Below, piece after piece: positions 1 through 8,923 of a stretch of DNA of 64,000 bases (its first letter is position 1; every line of letters begins with the position of its first letter). The stretch comes from an uncultured Planctomycetota bacterium (GTDB lineage Bacteria; Planctomycetota; UBA11346): positions 20,716-84,715 of the forward strand of contig CAWFSD010000043.1 in assembly GCA_963818245.1 (NCBI GenBank). The letters are read 5' to 3'. The notes under the pieces were generated by a model that made no database searches, had not been told where the DNA came from, and worked only from the letters and a program-made list of their open reading frames with translations. The position numbers and the translations under genes were made by a program.

Positions 1-504
1 CTGCGCACCGGCGACGGTCAGCGGCGGCACCACCGGGAGTTGCAGCAGCAGGCGCTGGCGCAGGGCCTCGTCCAGGGCCAGCGGCCGCACCAGCACCTGC
101 TCGACCGGCACCGGCCAGCGCGCTGCGATGATCCAGCGGCGGGCGCCGCCGGACAGCGCGGTCCCGGCGCGCCGCTCGGCCTCGTCGGCGAGCCACGCCG
201 GCACCCACCAGCCAGCGGGTGCGCCCGGCTGCACCACGCCGGCGGCCAGGCCCTGCCCGAGCATCGCGCCGAGCAGGTCGCCGGCCCCGCCGCAGCCGCA
301 CACCGCAGCGAGCGCGCGCGCCGGGGCGGTCGGCAGGGCCAGGCCCCAGGGCAGGCTGAGGATCTCGCGCGCCGAGCGCGCCAGCGCGCCGGCCAGGCGG
401 GCGGGCGCGCGCGCGACGATGCCGGCGAGCTCCTCGGCGAGTTCGGCCTCGCGCACGGTGCCGGCCAGGCGCTCGAGTCCGGCGATCAGGGCGATGGCGT
501 CCAT
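1..504 (-). CDS. hypothetical protein (N-terminal part; 3' end lies outside the window), last visible gene of the minus-strand operon
   Basis: ATG at 504 gives MDAIALIAGLERLAGTVREAELAEELAG..., with G/C-rich third positions, open to position 1. The start overlaps the upstream gene stop (486-488) by 19 nt. It is absent from the ORF track because no stop lies in the window. Confidence 0.45.
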   Translation of the reverse strand, partial: MDAIALIAGLERLAGTVREAELAEELAGIVARAPARLAGALARSAREILSLPWGLALPTAPARALAAVCGCGGAGDLLGAMLGQGLAAGVVQPGAPAGWWVPAWLADEAERRAGTALSGGARRWIIAARWPVPVEQVLVRPLALDEALRQRLLLQLPVVPPLTVAGAQ

Positions 505-1238
505 GCCGGATCCTCCGCCCTCACGGCGCCACCGCGCGCCTCGACCCAGGCGCGCGCCGCGCGCTCGACGTGGTCCGCATCGTCCAGCCACGGCGGGACG
601 GGCAGGCCGGCCAGGCGCAGCCGCGCGGCCTCGTGCAGGAACTGCCAGCGCCAGTGCGCAGCGAGGTGCGGGGCGCGCTGCGCCGCGGGTAGGAGCTGGC
701 TGGCGGGCGGCTCGCCGAGCGCGGCCAGGAACGCCGCGCAGCTGGCGGCCGCCGGACGGGAGCCGGCCATCGTCACCCACGGATGGAGCGGCGGCGGCGC
801 GGCGAGCGCGCCCGGATCGGTCGGCGCCTGCCAGCCCGGCAGGGCGGTGAGCGGCTCCAGGTGCGGCACGGCTGCGAGCCACGGCAGCTCGCCGCCGGCG
901 ATGAGCACGCAGGCGCTGCCGCTGCGCGCGCCCGGGAGCGGGCAGGCGAACAGCGCGGTGCCTGCCAACCGCTGCAGGGTGAAGGACTCGCCCAGGCGGC
1001 GGGCCAGCGCATCGAGCGGGTAGCGTCCACCGGCGACGATGTGACCCGGCCAGGTCAGCGCCGCGACCGCCAGGCAGCCATCGAGGGCGACCACCACGCG
1101 CGCCCCGCCGCCGGCCAGGGCCAGTCCCCACCACGTCCGCCCCGGCACCCACCACAGCCGCTCCGGGGCGTGCAGGATGAGCTGCCGCACGTCGTGGACG
1201 GCGGCGGCGAGGTCGGTGGCGGTCACCGTCTCAGACAT
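486..1238 (-). CDS. hypothetical soluble protein (about 250 aa)
   Basis: This is the C-terminal 250 aa of track ORF 486..1400. The likely start is ATG 1238 (MSETVTATDLAAAVHDV...), which overlaps the upstream stop as ATGTCTGA (1231-1238). No motif was recognised. Confidence 0.5.
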   Translation of the reverse strand: MSETVTATDLAAAVHDVRQLILHAPERLWWVPGRTWWGLALAGGGARVVVALDGCLAVAALTWPGHIVAGGRYPLDALARRLGESFTLQRLAGTALFACPLPGARSGSACVLIAGGELPWLAAVPHLEPLTALPGWQAPTDPGALAAPPPLHPWVTMAGSRPAAASCAAFLAALGEPPASQLLPAAQRAPHLAAHWRWQFLHEAARLRLAGLPVPPWLDDADHVERAARAWVEARGGAVRAEDPAWTPSP

Positions 1239-1968
1239 CGACGAAGTGCGCGCGCGCGCGGCTGAGCGCGAGCAGCGCCACGAGGAGGCAGAGCAGCAGG
1301 CTCGGCACGGTCGGCAGCGGCACGGGCAGGGCCATCGCGAAGGGCACGGCCGCCAGCGCCAGGCGGCAGGTGTGCAGCCACGCCTGGAAGCGCAGGCCAT
1401 TGGGCGACCGGCCCTGCTCCTGCGCCAGGCGCGCCGCGTATTCGCCCAGGAAGAAGGCCAGGAAGGCCGCCGGCACGGCGAGCAGCACCAATTGCAGGGC
1501 GTACCAGCCGCGGGTCAGGAACATGGTGCCCCAGGCGCGTTGCACCGGGTAGAAGGTGCGCTCGACCCAGGCGGTGAGGCGCCGGCCGAGCGTGCGCGTC
1601 ACGCGATCGCCGGCTGCGGGGCTCGCAGGGGCGGTGGCGGAGTCGCCCGCGCCCGGCTCCGGGACCAGGCGCTGCACGGTGGCGTGCGCGGCTTCGTAGG
1701 GCCACGCGGCGGTGAGCAGTTCGCGCCCGTCCCAGGCGAGGCGCGGGGTGGCCAACGCGGCCTGGCGCTGCTCCCACTGCTGGAGGCCTTCCAAATAGGT
1801 GATGAAGCGCGCGGTGCCGTTCTCGGCGAGCGCCGCGAGCGTGGGGATGACGATCGAGACCAGCACCCACATCGCCAGCGGTGCGCCGAGCACGAAGATG
1901 CCGAGGTCGAGGACCCGGCTGATCACCAGCGCGGCGAGCGGGCGGCGGGCGGGTTCCGGGTCAGCCAT
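1231..1968 (-). CDS. multi-pass inner-membrane protein, unknown function
   Basis: Track ORF 1231..2031, with probable start ATG 1968 (MADPEPARRPLAALVISRVLDLGIFVLGAPLAMWVLVSIV...). It has hydrophobic helices at both ends and a soluble middle part. Confidence 0.55.
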   Translation of the reverse strand: MADPEPARRPLAALVISRVLDLGIFVLGAPLAMWVLVSIVIPTLAALAENGTARFITYLEGLQQWEQRQAALATPRLAWDGRELLTAAWPYEAAHATVQRLVPEPGAGDSATAPASPAAGDRVTRTLGRRLTAWVERTFYPVQRAWGTMFLTRGWYALQLVLLAVPAAFLAFFLGEYAARLAQEQGRSPNGLRFQAWLHTCRLALAAVPFAMALPVPLPTVPSLLLCLLVALLALSRARAHFVDV

Positions 1969-2078
1969 GGTGGTGGCGCTCCGATGCGCGGTGGGGGCCC
2001 GGCGGCGTGGTTGCGGAGCAGGCCAGCGCACCGTCGAGCGCGGTGCCTGGGTGTGGCCGCGGTTCCTTCACCGTCTGT

Positions 2079-3081
2079 TCAGAACACATAGGCCAGCGAA
2101 CCGCCGGCCACCAGGCGGTCGTGGCTGTCGAGGCCGCGGCCGCCGGACAGCTCGCGGCCGGCCCAGCCGGTGAGGTGGAGGCCGGCCAGCGGAGTGAACT
2201 CGGCGACGCCCAGCAGCGGCGCCTGGTTCAGGGCCATGCCCGTGAAGCCGGGTTGCGGTTCCCCGCCGCGCGTCCGCCAGTCGTCGTGCGTCATGCCCTG
2301 CTCGGCGCCGATGCGCACCCAGGTCCAGGGCCGGAAGGACAGGCCGATGGCCCCGCCCACGCCGATGTGGCGGTTCTCGAAGGATTCCCGCGTGCCACCC
2401 GCGCCCGCGACCGCGATGGTGTTGGAACCGGAGAAGGTGTACTGCGCATCGCCGCGCACCTGCAGCGTGCACATGCCGAGGCCGAACGACCCGCGCACGC
2501 CGACCAGCGGGGTGAATGACCAGTCGCTGACGCGGCCGTGGCAGATCAGCCAGTCCTCGCGGTCGCCGAGCGGCGTGAGCGCGCCGAGCGCGAGCGCCAC
2601 CGCCTGGTAGCGCGTGCGGTAGAGGGTGAAGACCAGGTCGGTCTCGAGGTCGCCCCAGTGCACGGCGTCGGTGCGGTCGTCGCGGCTGCCGCGCACGGCG
2701 ATCTCGCTGCTGCACCAGGGCGCGCCCAGGTTCTGCCGCCAGCGCAGCTCGGCGTCGGTGCGCCGCTCGACCAGCGGCGCGGTGGGCGCGCCCGGCTGGG
2801 GCGGCAGCGCCTGCCCCCGGCGCGGCCCACTGCGCCTGGGGCGTGCCGGTGCCCCACGCCACCGCATGGCCGGTCACGGCCAGGCGCAGCAGCGACCAGC
2901 CATCCGGCATGGGCATGGCCGGAGCGGTCTGCGCACCATCGCGGCGCAGGTCGCCGAAGATGGTGGGGATGACGTTGGCCTGCTCCCGCACCGCGGTCTG
3001 GTTCCAGGGTCCGACCTCGGCCCGGACGCTGGGCGGCAGGGCGGTGCAGGAGAGCAGGATCAGGATGGGCGTGCTGCGCAT
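2079..3081 (-). CDS. outer-membrane beta-barrel protein; one frame change at the C5 run 2814-2818
   Basis: A signal peptide (MRSTPILILLSCTALPPSVRA) starts at ATG 3081, in the frame of ORF 2068..3642. After the homopolymer at ~2816 the gene continues in ORF 2079..2867. That part has alternating beta-strand-like segments and a terminal ...GGSLAYVF aromatic residue typical of OM barrels. Confidence 0.6.
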
Positions 3082-3088
3082 GGCGGGG

Positions 3089-3835
3089 TCAGTTCGTCCG
3101 CTCGGCGGAGGCGGGGGCGGCAAGCGCCGTGGTCGCAGCAGCGGGAACCGGCGCTGCGGGCGCGGTGGTGGCCGATGGCATCGGTCTGCCGAAGCCGGGG
3201 GAGGTGCCGACGTACAGGCCGAGGAAGCGGCGCAGGAGCCCGCGCCGGGGCACCGGGGCCAGGCGGCTGCGCCAGTAGCGTTCGCGCCAGCCGAGCAGCA
3301 GGAGCACCGCCAGCACCGCGACGATGGCCAGGTGCGACGCCCATTCCGGGCGGGCGGCCCCGGCCGGCGCGGTGAGGCGGTCGAGTTCCGCGGAGAGGCC
3401 GAGGTCGGCCGCGGTCGCTTCGTGCCAGATCCCGGCGTGGTGGCTGCGCGCCTCGCCCAGCGCCTGCACGTACTGCTGGCGGCGCACGTGGGCCGCCAGC
3501 AGCGTCTCGTCCGGGAGGGCCCAGCCCTCGGCGACGGCGAGCTCGCTGAAGGTGCGGTCGGCGGCGACGAAGACCTCGATGACCGGGAGTTCGGCGAAGG
3601 CGCCCAGACCGGTCGCGGTCGCCTGGGCCTGCACCACGCCACCGACCGGCATCCAGGTCGCCGCGGCGCGATCGATCAGCACCTGGTAATCGGGGATGGG
3701 GACGATGGCGCCATAGGCCACCGGGGCCTCGAGGCGGTGGCCGCCGCTGACCACCGCGATGGTGCCATAGGCGGCGCCGAAGACGGTCTGGAGCTGCACC
3801 GGGGTGGGATGGTCGACGGACAGGGGCAGGGGCAC
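3089..3835 (-). CDS. membrane-anchored protein with a thermonuclease (SNase)-like C-terminal motif; catalytic residues not recognisable
   Basis: GTG 3835 is preceded by GAGG with 6-nt spacing, 8 nt after the upstream stop. The segment ...LAVAEGWALPDETLLAAHVRRQQYVQALGEARSHHAGIWHE resembles the SNase C-terminal helix and GxW motif. No DGDT or RLxGIDxPE motif is visible. One TM helix (HLAIVAVLAVLLLLGW) is followed by a Pro/Ala tail. Confidence 0.4.
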   Translation of the reverse strand: MPLPLSVDHPTPVQLQTVFGAAYGTIAVVSGGHRLEAPVAYGAIVPIPDYQVLIDRAAATWMPVGGVVQAQATATGLGAFAELPVIEVFVAADRTFSELAVAEGWALPDETLLAAHVRRQQYVQALGEARSHHAGIWHEATAADLGLSAELDRLTAPAGAARPEWASHLAIVAVLAVLLLLGWRERYWRSRLAPVPRRGLLRRFLGLYVGTSPGFGRPMPSATTAPAAPVPAAATTALAAPASAERTN

Positions 3836-3843
3836 CGGGGGCC

Positions 3844-4377
3844 TCACTTCACCGCGGGCGGCGCCGCTGCGGGTGCTGCGGGTGCCAGGGGCGCTGCGGG
3901 ACCAGGAAGCGCCGGGCCGGGCCGGGCGGGATGCGCTTCGAGCAGCGTCGGATCGATGGGGGCGGGCGCCGCCTGCGCGGCACCGGCGGGCGCGCCGGCC
4001 TTGTCGTCCTTGCCCTCGTGCGGTGCCAGGCCGAGCGCCTGGAGCTGCTTCATCACCGCGAAGCCGGTGATGCGCTGCGCCTCGGCGACGCTGTCGAGGT
4101 GGCGTTCGATGCGCTCCACGCGCTGCGCGACGAAGCCGCCGAGCAGCACGACGCTGAGCAGGAGCAGGTTGAGCACCTGGCCCGAGCCGGCCAGGTTCCA
4201 GGTGGCGACGATGCCCTCGCGGAAGGCCGCCGCCATGCCCGCGAGGAGCCGCGCGAGCGTGCCGCCTGGCCTGCCCAGGCCGGCGGTCAGCGCGCTGCGC
4301 TCCGGTCCCTCCGCAGGGGAGGACGCGGGTACCGCGGCGGCGCGGGCCGTGGCGGGAGCGAGCACCGGATGCTTCAT
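3844..4377 (-). CDS. single-pass membrane protein, unknown function
   Basis: Track ORF of 177 aa. It has a TM segment (VLNLLLLSVVLLGGFVAQ), a short helical region and a Pro/Ala-rich tail. It sits in the operon frame context. Confidence 0.45.
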   Translation of the reverse strand: MKHPVLAPATARAAAVPASSPAEGPERSALTAGLGRPGGTLARLLAGMAAAFREGIVATWNLAGSGQVLNLLLLSVVLLGGFVAQRVERIERHLDSVAEAQRITGFAVMKQLQALGLAPHEGKDDKAGAPAGAAQAAPAPIDPTLLEAHPARPGPALPGPAAPLAPAAPAAAPPAVK

Positions 4378-4557
4378 GATCGTGACCAGCAGGGAAGGGC
4401 CGCGCGCGCAGGCGGGCCGGGCGGGACAGGGCGCCCGTGCGCAACGGCGTGACCGTCGGACGCAGGGGCCCAGGGAGGACGCAGCCGTGCGGAACTGCGC
4501 CAGCCGGGTACGCGGATGGCGGCACGGGTGCGTCGTGCAGCGTACCGCAGGCCCCGC

Positions 4558-5643
4558 TCAGTCCACCTTGGCAGCCGGCTGCCAGACCAGCGTCGGCAGC
4601 GGCTGCTGCTGCAGGAGCGCGGCGTTGTCCGCCGCCCAGCGCGCCGTGAGCATGGCCAGGGTCTGGCGCAGACCGGCGAGGCGCGCGCGCGACTGGTCGC
4701 GCGCGGCGCGGGTGATCGGCGGCTCGTCCGGCTGTGCCGCGCCGAAGGCGAGCGCGGACAGCGGCGAGGCGGCGAGTCCGTCGAGCGCGCGCGCCACCAG
4801 GCGCACCGCCGTGACCACCTGGCCCGGCTCACGCTGGCGCACGGTCCGGGCGAGCAGCTGCGCGACCGTGCGCACCTGGTCGAGCTGCTCCTCCATCGCG
4901 GCGCCGTGCGCGGGATGGCGGCGCAGCGCGGCGAAGGCGCCGTCGACACCGAGGTCGCCGGCCTGCGCGGCGAGGTCGAGGGCGAGCGGTTCGAGTCCAG
5001 CCCACTGCGCCTCGGCGAGGCGCTGGTGGATGGCCTTCCCGTCGTGCGCGCCGCCGCTACCGCCCAGGCCGTCCTCCTGGCGCGCCGCGCCGGCCAGCGC
5101 ATCGATGCGCGCTGCCAGGGTGGCGAGGCGGTCGGTCAGCCCGCTCCAGTCCGCGGGGCTGAGCACCAGGCTGGCGCGGCGCCGCCCGGCGTCGGTGGAC
5201 GCCCCGGCGTGATCCGGGGCCGCGGCCGCGGCCGCGCCGGCCTGGTCGGCGCCACCCTGCGGGCCCGCCGCGGCGAAGACGCCGTCGAGCAGCACGCGGA
5301 TCGCGGCGATGCTCGCCGCGAGTCCGCGCAGGTCGTCGAGGTGCGCGTCCGGCACCCCGGGCCGCGGGGCCTGCCAGGCCGGCAGCACGTAGCCGTGGTC
5401 CTGCCAGAAGCGCTGCTGGTCGACCTCGACCAGCACGGCGCCATCGCTGGTGTCGGGCGTGACCGGCAGGCCTTCGAGCGGCGGCAGTTCCTGCAGGGTG
5501 GTCCCCGGCGCCGGGGGCGGGGCGCGCACCGGCACGACCAGGCCGACCACGGCCACGCGGTCGTAGCGCTGCGCGCAGCCGGCCAGCGCGAGCAGGCCGG
5601 CGCCGGCGAGGGCGGTGAGGCGCCTACTTGCCGCCATTGCCAT
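4558..5643 (-). CDS. lipoprotein, unknown function
   Basis: Track ORF of 361 aa. It carries a signal peptide with the lipobox LLALAGC. Its start overlaps the upstream gene end (5624) by 20 nt. Confidence 0.6.
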   Translation of the reverse strand: MAMAASRRLTALAGAGLLALAGCAQRYDRVAVVGLVVPVRAPPPAPGTTLQELPPLEGLPVTPDTSDGAVLVEVDQQRFWQDHGYVLPAWQAPRPGVPDAHLDDLRGLAASIAAIRVLLDGVFAAAGPQGGADQAGAAAAAAPDHAGASTDAGRRRASLVLSPADWSGLTDRLATLAARIDALAGAARQEDGLGGSGGAHDGKAIHQRLAEAQWAGLEPLALDLAAQAGDLGVDGAFAALRRHPAHGAAMEEQLDQVRTVAQLLARTVRQREPGQVVTAVRLVARALDGLAASPLSALAFGAAQPDEPPITRAARDQSRARLAGLRQTLAMLTARWAADNAALLQQQPLPTLVWQPAAKVD

Positions 5644-6709
5644 CCCCAGCGGCCGGCGCGGCGGACTGGGCGGGCGCGGGCGCGGCTGGCGCTGCGCTTC
5701 CGCCCGCCGCCACCGCGTTGTCCTCGCGCGCGCGCACCGCCGCCATCTGGTCTTCCGCGGTGCGGCGGATGCGTTCGGCCTTGGCCTCGTAGAGGCGGCG
5801 CGCGTCGTCGATCGCCACCGCCGACCCGGTGCGCGCCTTGGCGACCTCGGCGTCGCGATCGCGGTGCAGCTCGGCGAGGCGCTTGCGGTTGCCGTCGCTC
5901 AGCTCCTGGCGCTGCCGCTCGTGCAGCTCCTCCTGCTTGAGCAGGTAGGTCTGGTCCATGTTCTTGGAGTGCGCGATGTCGACCTCGAGCTTCTGGCTGA
6001 CCGCGAGCTTCTCGCCGGCGGCCCGGTAGGCGGCCAGGACGTCGGCCTCGACCTTCGCCCAGCGCTGGTTGAGCTCGTCGACCTGGCGGCCGAAGCGGGC
6101 GCTGATCGCCTCGATCTCGGCGCCGCCCTCCTTATAGGTCGCCGCGACCTGGTCGTCGCGCGCGGCGGTGATGCGGCCGATCTCCTGGTCGCGGGCGCGG
6201 TGCAGGCGGGCGGCCTCCTCGAGCAGGCGCTGCTGCTGGAGTTCCTGGCCGCTGCGCCGGGTGGCGTCCTCCTCCTGCAGGCGCGCGCTGGCGTGCGCGG
6301 CCTCGCTGGAGCGGCCCTCGAGGTACTGCTTGAGCTCGCTGGCGGCGGCGGCGATGTCCTTGATGGCGACGTCGAGGCGCTCGGCGCGCGCGATCTCGCG
6401 CTGCGCCTCCTCGGCGCTCAGCGCGGTGCCGGTGTAGGTGCGCCAGGCGTGCGGCTGCACCACGTAGAGCTGCTTGCCGCCGGTCAGGACGATGGCGCCG
6501 TTCTCGTAGCGCGCCTTGGGCACGTTGGCCAGGACGATGACGTCGGTGTCGGGGCCGAGGTTGTCGGAGGCGAGGAACACGTCGTGCTCCTGCTGCGGGG
6601 TGAGGGGCAGGTCGTCGCTGGCGTGGCGGTCCGCGCCGCAGCCGCCGAGCACGGCGAGCGCGGCGAGGCCGGCGAACGGCCAGGCGGTGGAGGCGGTGGG
6701 ACTGGTCAT
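5624..6709 (-). CDS. coiled-coil lipoprotein
   Basis: ATG 6709 forms an ATGA overlap with the upstream stop (6706-6708). The protein begins MTSPTASTAWPFAGLAALAVLGGC (lipobox LGGC). A small beta domain is followed by ~250 aa of charged, helical, heptad-like sequence (EEAQREIARAERL..., QRQELSDGNRKRLAELHRDRDAEVAKAR). Confidence 0.65.
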   Translation of the reverse strand: MTSPTASTAWPFAGLAALAVLGGCGADRHASDDLPLTPQQEHDVFLASDNLGPDTDVIVLANVPKARYENGAIVLTGGKQLYVVQPHAWRTYTGTALSAEEAQREIARAERLDVAIKDIAAAASELKQYLEGRSSEAAHASARLQEEDATRRSGQELQQQRLLEEAARLHRARDQEIGRITAARDDQVAATYKEGGAEIEAISARFGRQVDELNQRWAKVEADVLAAYRAAGEKLAVSQKLEVDIAHSKNMDQTYLLKQEELHERQRQELSDGNRKRLAELHRDRDAEVAKARTGSAVAIDDARRLYEAKAERIRRTAEDQMAAVRAREDNAVAAGGSAAPAAPAPAQSAAPAAGDGNGGK

Positions 6710-8098
6710 GCGCGGGCTCCCGTGAGCAGGCGGTCGCCGCTGGCGACCTCGTCGGAGGTGAACCACGCGCCGAGCGGCGCGGGGTGCGGAGACTGGCTGG
6801 TGGTCCACCAGCCGCGCGCCTGGGCGCGGTCGAGGTCGGCCGCGGGGCGCAGCCGCGCGGGCAGGCGGTCCACGCTGCGCGCGTCGACCAGGCGGTTGCC
6901 GCAGAGCTCGCCGATGGCGCCGGCGGGCGGCTCCTGATCGCCGAGCAGCAGCACCACCGAGAGGTGGTGCTTGCGCCCGCCGCGCAGCAGGCGCTCGAGG
7001 GCGGCGCGCGGCGCGGGCGCGGCCAGCGCCGCCTCGCCATCGACCATCAGCACCTTGCGCCGGCCGACCGCGGCGGGCAGCGCGGCGCGCTCGAGCAGGG
7101 CGTCGAGCAGCACCGCCAGGCGCAGCGGGTGGCGCCCGGGGTCGCCGACCAGCCAGCGGCCGCCGTCCCACCAGGCGGGCAGCCGGGTGCGCCCGCCGAG
7201 GATGCCGCGCAGCAGGCCCGCGAGCGGGCGCGCCGCGGGCTCCTCATCGAGGGCGTGCAGCACGTTCTCGGAACCGAGCGGCAGCGGGGTGGCCTGGGCC
7301 TCGAGCGCGCGGCTCCACGCGATCTCCCAAATGCGCGCGTCGACCGCGTGCGCGGCGAGCGCGCGCAACGCGTCGTCGGGCGCGGCGCGGTATTCCGCCT
7401 GCCGGCGCAGCCGCACGAGAGCGAGGTCGCGCTCGGCGGCGAGCGCCCCCGGCGAGAGGTCGGGGACGAGTTCGGCCGCGTACGGGCGCCAGTCCTCGGC
7501 GTCGCGCGCGGCGACCAGCAGGGCGAAGCCGTCAGGGGCGAGCTCGCCGCGCTCGAGCGCCGAGCCTGGCGGCGCGCGCGTCCTCGCGCGTCCACGGGCC
7601 GCGGCGTGCCTGCGGTGGCGGCAGACCGCTGGCGGCGGCGTGGCCGACCATGTCGTCGATCAGCGCCGCCGCGCGCGCCGCCGCGGTGCCGGGCGGGAAG
7701 CGCATGGCGAGCAGCGCCAGGCCGGCGACCGGCTGGGGGACGGCGCCGGCGGCGGCGTGGGCGAGGCGCTCGAGGCAGGCCGCGACCGCGGGCGGCACCG
7801 CCGGGCCGCACTCGGCAGCGGCGAGGTCGAGGAGCATGCCGCGCAGGCTGGCCAACCCGTCGTTGCCTGCGGCCAGGCCGGCGAGCAGGTCGAGCTCGCG
7901 CCCGTCGACGGTGCGCGCGCTGGCGATGTCCGCGGCCTCGCGGCGGCTGATCGCGACCAGGCCGGCGCCGTCCTCCTGCGCGAGCCGGTGCGCGAACACG
8001 CGCGCGACGTCGCCGCGCCACTCGCCGAGCACCAGCAGGTGCGGGTTGGGCAGGGCGCCGAGCCCGGGCAGCGCGGTGAGCAGGTCCGCCGTCGCCAT
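6706..8098 (-). CDS. VirD4/TraD (FtsK-superfamily)-like protein lacking a P-loop; one frame change near 7560
   Basis: ORF 7532..8098 (MATADLLTALPGLGALPNPHLLVLGEWRGDV...) joins ORF 6706..7416 at ...AARLG/ALERGELAPDGF... The tail RKVLMVDGEAALA...LLRGGRKHHLSVVLLLGDQ resembles the Walker-B and sensor region of coupling proteins. GEWRGD occupies the place of GxxGxGKT, and no GxxxxGK[ST] occurs anywhere in the protein. Confidence 0.45.
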
Positions 8099-8862
8099 CA
8101 GCGCCTCTTCTCGCCGGCGGAGAAACCGTTCGGCCAGCGCTCCGAGCAGTCCTGCAGGGCGCGGTCGAGCGCCTCGTCGGCGGGGTAGCCGCGCGCGCGG
8201 AACTCGTTGCGCAGCAGGTCGCGTTGGCGCACGTCCTCGGGGGCGGTGGTGAAGATCCAGTAGGCGTAGGGCGTGGGCACGAAGCGCGCCACTTCGCAGA
8301 TGCCCTGGTTGGGGATGTCGAAGATCGCCTCCGAGAACATGCCCTTGGCCGAGACCACCGTGTACATCAGCGCCTTCTGCTCGTCCGACCAGTCGAGGTG
8401 CTTGTCGAGCTCGGCGATGACGTCGGGCGGCTGGCGCAGCAGGATGCGGTGCTGCGAGGCGCTGAGCACGACCTTGCCGCGCTCGGTGGTGGCGAAGTCG
8501 CGCACCAGCTGCGAGATGCAGACGATCGCGGTGTTGTGCTTGCGCAGGGTGCGCAGGCCGTTGATGACCAGGTCGGCGACCATCGGCACGGCGAGCAGCG
8601 CCCAGAACTCGTCCAGCACGATGTACTTCTGGTAGGCGCGTGGGCCGCCGCCCGCGAGGTGCTCGCTCTGGCAGTAGAGCACTAGCATCTGCAGCAGGGT
8701 GCCGACCACCGCGGCGACCAGGTGCTCGCCGGCCGAGGAGAGCTCCTGCAGCTCGAAGGTGCAGAGCTTGCGGCCCTCGAGCCGGAACTGGGTCTCGCCG
8801 TCGAAGAAGCCGGCGAGCGGACCGTTGACGCAGTGCGTGCTTGCGAGCGGCGGCCTCGTCAT
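8098..8862 (-). CDS. VirB4/TraC-type conjugative ATPase, C-terminal half only (no Walker A)
   Basis: Track ORF of 254 aa with ...KLCTFELQEL..., YQKYIVLDEFWALL (Walker B), LRTLRKHNTAIVCISQLVRDF and ...YWIFTTAPEDVRQRDLL. Order and spacing match the C-terminal third of TraC/VirB4. Only 61 nt separate it from the upstream stop, so the ~500 aa N-terminal region with the P-loop is absent. Confidence 0.7.
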   Translation of the reverse strand: MTRPPLASTHCVNGPLAGFFDGETQFRLEGRKLCTFELQELSSAGEHLVAAVVGTLLQMLVLYCQSEHLAGGGPRAYQKYIVLDEFWALLAVPMVADLVINGLRTLRKHNTAIVCISQLVRDFATTERGKVVLSASQHRILLRQPPDVIAELDKHLDWSDEQKALMYTVVSAKGMFSEAIFDIPNQGICEVARFVPTPYAYWIFTTAPEDVRQRDLLRNEFRARGYPADEALDRALQDCSERWPNGFSAGEKRR

Positions 8863-8923
8863 CCTCGTTCGCGCGGCACGAGCGCGTTTTTCACGACCAC
8901 CAGGGGGGGCGCTCGGCGCCGGG

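Noticed and set aside
3089-3835. I considered calling this gene an active secreted thermonuclease.
   Set aside because: Only the C-terminal helix and GxW motif of the SNase fold is recognisable. The Ca-binding and catalytic motifs are not seen, so only a fold-level resemblance is claimed.
2843-5212. This is a very long ORF on the strand opposite the operon (789 aa). Similar cases are 40..1023 +, 5615..6937 +, 6784..7950 +, 9197..10699 +, 33088..35820 -, 35294..38884 - and 59974..63120 -.
   Set aside because: The translations are Arg/Pro/Gly/Ala-dominated low-complexity strings with no motifs. Each mirrors a convincing gene on the other strand. Open antisense frames of this kind are expected at this GC content because stop codons are AT-rich.
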